A stretch of DNA of 38,142 bases, taken from NCBI GenBank assembly GCA_037381445.1, contig JARRQT010000094.1, positions 1 to 38,142 on the forward strand. The letters are read 5' to 3'. This document shows positions 37,721 to 38,142 of the stretch, piece by piece. This DNA comes from Calditrichia bacterium (GTDB lineage: Bacteria; Calditrichota; Calditrichia; RBG-13-44-9). Every line of letters starts with the position of its first letter. The stretch's first letter is position 1. The notes under the pieces are model-generated. The model was not told the origin of the DNA. It was given only the letters and a program-made list of their open reading frames with translations, and did no database searches. Made by a program: the position numbers and the translations under genes.

Positions 37721-38142
37721 TTTAGGGTTAGGATGAAGGCTGCGGTTATTGCTTTTTTCAAAAACCGGCTATGGCAGACCCAAGATTCAGCCTTGGGAGC
37801 TTATCGTTTCGCCGGAGGAATCGCGGACAAGATCGTGCGGGGCAAGCTCGGCGGGCAGACATGATGCTGGCCTTCCTCTTTTTGTCCCTGGCTCAGACCA
37901 GCTACTTCCAGTAGGTCAATTTGAAGGTTAAATCAAATAAGCTTATCCTGAGCCCGAAGCTGACATGCTCGCCGAAAGGATCTGTACGGGTTGGAAATTT
38001 AAGCATTCAGAGTAAAGCAAAGAGAAATTCTGCGTTGCCTAAGTCGTCCCTGAAAAAGTCTGTTTTCTGCCTGAAGATTTATGATACTCTAAATCAGAGC
38101 AGCTTTTTGCTCATAATTTGAGAGCAGCAGGCAGAATTTTTT

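Noticed and set aside
37749..38142. Short ORFs and a REP-like cctgagcccgaag motif at the window end
   Set aside because: No recognisable protein in the frames checked, and the motif occurs once and is too short to support.

Overview
Bacterial genomic window, probably from an FCB-group lineage outside Bacteroidota such as Calditrichota or KSB1. This is inferred from the TonB receptor / large protein / PorV trio and the 'QNYPNPFNP' T9SS-type tails. The core (about 6.1-27.9 kb, + strand) is an alpha-glucan (dextran / alpha-1,6) utilisation locus. It encodes a sensory solute-binding protein, a histidine kinase, a sigma-54 regulator, a Na+/sugar symporter, a T9SS-tailed glycan-binding protein, a TonB-dependent receptor, a 1170-aa Ca-binding/FN3 T9SS cargo, PorV, two GH66 genes and an (alpha/alpha)6 glucosidase, but no SusD. 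Several of these genes carry clean internal or 5' deletions. The flanks are accessory and hold stand-alone genes, gene fragments, an orphan PAS/GAF kinase and an HTH antitoxin / SecB-like / MNT / HEPN module. The most unusual signal is an unannotated ~95-105 nt repeat family with about 11 co-oriented copies. It lies almost entirely between genes, folds into an imperfect long hairpin with apparent compensatory changes, often follows stop codons, and brackets the toxin-antitoxin module as a near-identical direct repeat.
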